Source of the DNA: a virus
Lineage: Duplodnaviria > Caudoviricetes
Virus record (IMG/VR): IMGVR_UViG_3300011335_000468
Span: 1 to 32,380 of that record
Length of the DNA: 32,380 nucleotides
Direction: 5' to 3' (one strand)
Part shown: positions 29,326-32,380 of the stretch, one piece after another
How positions within the stretch are numbered: the stretch's first letter is position 1
How the letters are laid out: each line of letters starts with the position of its first letter
The notes under the pieces: model-generated
Told to the model about the DNA's origin: nothing
Database searches by the model: none
What the model saw: the letters and a program-made list of their open reading frames with translations, nothing else
Program-made: the position numbers and the translations under genes

Positions 29326-31626
29326 ATGGCTATGACTAAACCAACCTCTGAACAGGTTACATTTCTACAGACTGGCACAGGCGCAACGGCGCGTACAGTC
29401 GATGCCAAACTGAAGGACACCGTCAGCGTCAAGGACTTTGGTGCGGTAGGTGATGGCGTGACTGATGATGCGGCTGCGATTCAAGCAGCAATCACAGCAA
29501 CGACTGGAACTCTTTATTTCCCAAGAGGTACATATAGAGTAAACACAAGATTGTTAATCAACCATTCAAATATCAACTTGGTTGGCGATGGTATTGATGC
29601 AACAAACATTTACTATTACTACGAACAAATTAAGCGAACACATGCAACTGCAAATGATGGTCTTGGCACTCCTGCATTTGAACAAAGTCAATCGTTATTT
29701 GGATTTAAGAATAGCGCAGGTGTAGGAACTGTAATTGAAAATGTTGGATTCTCTCACATGACGCTTGAATACAAAGCAACATGGAACCTTTACGACCCAG
29801 CATATACGCACGATGCTGGAGAAATAAGTGGCATACATGCCTTTAATGTTGACAATCTTAGTTTGTATTCAATTAAAATAAAGAAGTTTAATGCGTGTGG
29901 TTTAAGAAACTCTTGGTTTGACGATTTAAACTATAGCGGGTCACCAAATGTTAGATACACAACAAACCTAACGGCTCGTAATTGCGAGTTTACAGAAAAT
30001 CATTTTGCTGGAATTCATTTAGTATTTGTTGATGGTGCTGTTATTGAAAACTGTGACATTACCTATAATGGTCCAAATCTCAGCAGAGTATCAGATGGAA
30101 GCATGACTGAAGCCGAGTATTATTCTCGTCGAGCATTGACTGGTTATGGCTATGCAAGTTCTGCATTATATGGATACACCACACAAAATGTTCGCATTGA
30201 CAATTGTAGAGTCATTGGAAATAATAGATATGGAATAGATCAACACGCAGGACTAAATCTTGTCGTAACAAACAACATAATTAAAGACAACATTGTATCT
30301 GCTGTTAGACTTCAATTAACTCCTGGCGGTAGAGCAATTGTCAGCGATAATATAATTTCTGGAATGAATGGAGCATGGAACGATGCTTCTATTGCTGCTC
30401 CAAGTGGTGCATTCTATTCTCGTATTGCATCTTATGGTGGAATGCAAGTTATTAATGTTGGGTATGACACATCTTCTACACAAGTTCCTGATACATCTTA
30501 CGCAAAATACATTATTACAAACAACATTATTTATGATGTTGTTCAAAATACGCCATCACAAGCAGATACAATTGTATTGTTTCAATTCAATACTGGGCAA
30601 GGGCGAATGCAAAGCACCGTATCTGGAAACATTGCACATATTGGCTCTGTAAATTATTTGGTATATCACGCCACGGCAGTAAGTGGAACAGTTGAATTTG
30701 ATACAAACGCATTTTTGTTTAACAATAATAGTATTTACTCATATGGAATAATTAGAAATCCGTTTTATTTTGAGGAAGTTGAAACCGTTCTTTTTGATGG
30801 CAATTATTTGTCTATTAAGTCTGGAGTATCGGATGGGGCAACTGGATCATCTCCAGATGTCTCTGCTTACTTAGGCACGATTTACTTTGGTACTGGTGTT
30901 CTTGCAAATGCTGAGTTTAGGAATTGTATTTGCACTAATAATGTGCTTGTTGGCACTGGATGGAATGGAAGTGCATATGTTGATTATTCACGCAGCATTA
31001 TTGGATATGTCTCAACAGACGATCAAGACAAACTTATATCACAAGATAATACAATCAATGGATTATCTCGATTAGAATTTAAAAAAGATGCAATTAGTAC
31101 AAGCAATATGAAATTATTGCAAGGCACAACAAGCATTGAGCCTTTGGCATCTGTTGTTCTTGGTGGAAGAGCCTTGACTTCAGATGTTCAATACAAGGAA
31201 TATTGGCTTACTGGTAGTGGAGATGGTGCAATAGAATTATTTCAAATGTCTTTGGCAAATGGACATAAAAGTTTTTTAGTAGAAGTGTTGTGTAACGCAG
31301 CCAGTCTTGCTACAGGTCAATACCAAGGAAAAACTCAAAAGAGGGTGTTTAGCGTAACTCGTAGGACAAATACAGCAACAGAAATAAATACGGTGGTTGG
31401 TGTTGGTGAATATCTAGTTACTACACCAGCAACATCTTATGCTACGGTTGCAGCAAGAAGAACTGCAAATGACCCAAATCCAACACTAACTGTTTTAAGT
31501 GGTGGAGCAACAGATACTCAAGTTCTGTCACTGTCTGCAACATTGGGATATACAACAAGTACTCCATCTAACGGTATTGCTGATTGTGTTTTTAAAGTTA
31601 CATTGTTTGGTGCAGCATGTATTTAA
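29326..31626 (+). CDS. Tailspike 2: beta-helix putative depolymerase without a virion-anchor domain
   Basis: Short MAMTKPTSEQV leader, then VSVKDFGAVGDGVTDD...LYFPRGTY and many N/I-rich beta-helix rungs (IDNCRVIGN, VTNNIIKDN, VSDNIISG). Confidence 0.9.
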   Translation: MAMTKPTSEQVTFLQTGTGATARTVDAKLKDTVSVKDFGAVGDGVTDDAAAIQAAITATTGTLYFPRGTYRVNTRLLINHSNINLVGDGIDATNIYYYYEQIKRTHATANDGLGTPAFEQSQSLFGFKNSAGVGTVIENVGFSHMTLEYKATWNLYDPAYTHDAGEISGIHAFNVDNLSLYSIKIKKFNACGLRNSWFDDLNYSGSPNVRYTTNLTARNCEFTENHFAGIHLVFVDGAVIENCDITYNGPNLSRVSDGSMTEAEYYSRRALTGYGYASSALYGYTTQNVRIDNCRVIGNNRYGIDQHAGLNLVVTNNIIKDNIVSAVRLQLTPGGRAIVSDNIISGMNGAWNDASIAAPSGAFYSRIASYGGMQVINVGYDTSSTQVPDTSYAKYIITNNIIYDVVQNTPSQADTIVLFQFNTGQGRMQSTVSGNIAHIGSVNYLVYHATAVSGTVEFDTNAFLFNNNSIYSYGIIRNPFYFEEVETVLFDGNYLSIKSGVSDGATGSSPDVSAYLGTIYFGTGVLANAEFRNCICTNNVLVGTGWNGSAYVDYSRSIIGYVSTDDQDKLISQDNTINGLSRLEFKKDAISTSNMKLLQGTTSIEPLASVVLGGRALTSDVQYKEYWLTGSGDGAIELFQMSLANGHKSFLVEVLCNAASLATGQYQGKTQKRVFSVTRRTNTATEINTVVGVGEYLVTTPATSYATVAARRTANDPNPTLTVLSGGATDTQVLSLSATLGYTTSTPSNGIADCVFKVTLFGAACI
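29416..29481 (+). repeat. 66-nt direct repeat, copy 2
   Basis: Matches 27700-27765; encodes DTVSVKDFGAVGDGVTDDxAAI. Confidence 0.85.
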
Positions 31627-31642
31627 TAAAACAAAAAACACA

Positions 31643-32380
31643 ATGATCAAGAACTTAGGCGGTGTATTCGGTCGCAACCCAACCTTCAACAATGTTGAAG
31701 TTGGGGGCGATCTTACGGTTGACGGCTCGATTATTGGGACGGTTGCCGCTGGTGGCTCCAACACTCAAGTTCAATTCAACAACGCGGGTGTGTTGGATGC
31801 AAACGCAGGATTGACATACGACAGCGCAACTGAAACTCTTAGGGTTCGCAGCCATCCAACTAGATATCTTACAATTGGTCCTGATGGTGCTGGAGCATCA
31901 GAAATTTTAGCCTATGGAAACACAGCCTTAGTCTTAAACTCAGTAGAAAGTACTGTAGACATTGGAGACATAGGTGTTATTGCAAACGGGACTGCAATTC
32001 AAATTGATGATCCAAATGAATTATTAAATATAAATTGCCCAAATGGAACAATAACTGTTGATTCTCCCACAGTTACATTAACTGGCACGACCGCATCGAC
32101 ATCATCAACCACAGGTGCATTGATTGTCGCAGGTGGCGCAGGAATTGCGAAGGACTCGTTCATCAACACGGTCAGAGTAGGACTTGGTGCAGCAGGAACA
32201 AACAACACCACGCTCGGCGCAAGCACGGGAACACAGTTAACTGCAGGATCAGCAGGTTGCACGATGGTTGGATATCAGTCTGGATTTTGGAATTCAAGCG
32301 GAACCGGAAACACCAGTGTCGGTCAAAATTGCTTGCTCAATACTCGCACAGGAAGTTGGAATAGTGCGCTTGGAATCAAT
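31643..32380 (+). CDS. Fibre/adhesin-like protein, 3' end outside window; not in the ORF track
   Basis: 246 open codons: MIKNLGGVFGRNPTFNNVEV, GGSNTQVQFNNAG, STSSTTGALIVAGGAGIAKD, then NTxxG beta-roll-like repeats (NTTLG, NTSVG, NSALG). Confidence 0.85.
   Translation, partial: MIKNLGGVFGRNPTFNNVEVGGDLTVDGSIIGTVAAGGSNTQVQFNNAGVLDANAGLTYDSATETLRVRSHPTRYLTIGPDGAGASEILAYGNTALVLNSVESTVDIGDIGVIANGTAIQIDDPNELLNINCPNGTITVDSPTVTLTGTTASTSSTTGALIVAGGAGIAKDSFINTVRVGLGAAGTNNTTLGASTGTQLTAGSAGCTMVGYQSGFWNSSGTGNTSVGQNCLLNTRTGSWNSALGIN

Larger units (their letters stand above)
1..32380. mobile_element. Segment of a podovirus-type tailed phage genome with a BPP-1-like virion module; lytic versus temperate cannot be determined here
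   Basis: Contiguous terminase-portal-scaffold-capsid-cement-adaptor-nozzle-ejection-tailspike gene order. No tape measure, tail tube or sheath gene, and no host housekeeping genes, were recognised. Confidence 0.97.

Noticed and set aside
26878-32380. Diversity-generating retroelement as in BPP-1
   Set aside because: No reverse transcriptase or Avd gene is in the window. The 66-nt repeat differs mostly at synonymous third positions, is not adenine-specific and lies in a conserved N-proximal motif. A DGR outside the window cannot be excluded.
1-32380. Stop-codon reassignment, tRNA genes or introns
   Set aside because: Genes translate to expected lengths in the standard code with TAA, TGA and TAG all used as stops; no cloverleaf or intron-sized interruption was seen.

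Overview
The whole window is a segment of a tailed dsDNA phage (Caudoviricetes, podovirus-type) with a Bordetella phage BPP-1-like virion module. From left to right: (1) the 3' end of a C5-cytosine DNA methyltransferase; (2) a leftward operon of eight small unknown genes (440-2622) with its own sigma70-like promoter, an intrinsic terminator and two copies of a structured intergenic element showing compensatory base changes; (3) a rightward packaging and morphogenesis block: HTH protein, TerS, TerL, GNAT, small virion protein, portal, head-spike base, Bbp19-like protein, scaffold, major capsid, cement, adaptor and nozzle; (4) three putative ejection proteins; (5) three receptor-binding proteins, the last running off the window. 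The most interesting points are: a ~3,280-aa polyvalent ejection protein with a cassette-like cargo (two ADP-ribosyltransferase-like domains, an HhH-glycosylase-like domain, a GNAT and an HExxH metallopeptidase), split by a -1 frameshift that overlaps an in-frame U_UUU_UUA heptamer; an ejection protein with an M23/LytM domain lacking its catalytic residues; a three-copy GGTACCCRTR-N16-TAAWTT candidate late promoter; the structured repeat in the small-gene operon; and strong apparent avoidance of AGCT, GGCC and CCGG. All family assignments come from motif recognition by eye, not database searches. No rRNA, tRNA, CRISPR array, integrase or DGR reverse transcriptase was seen.
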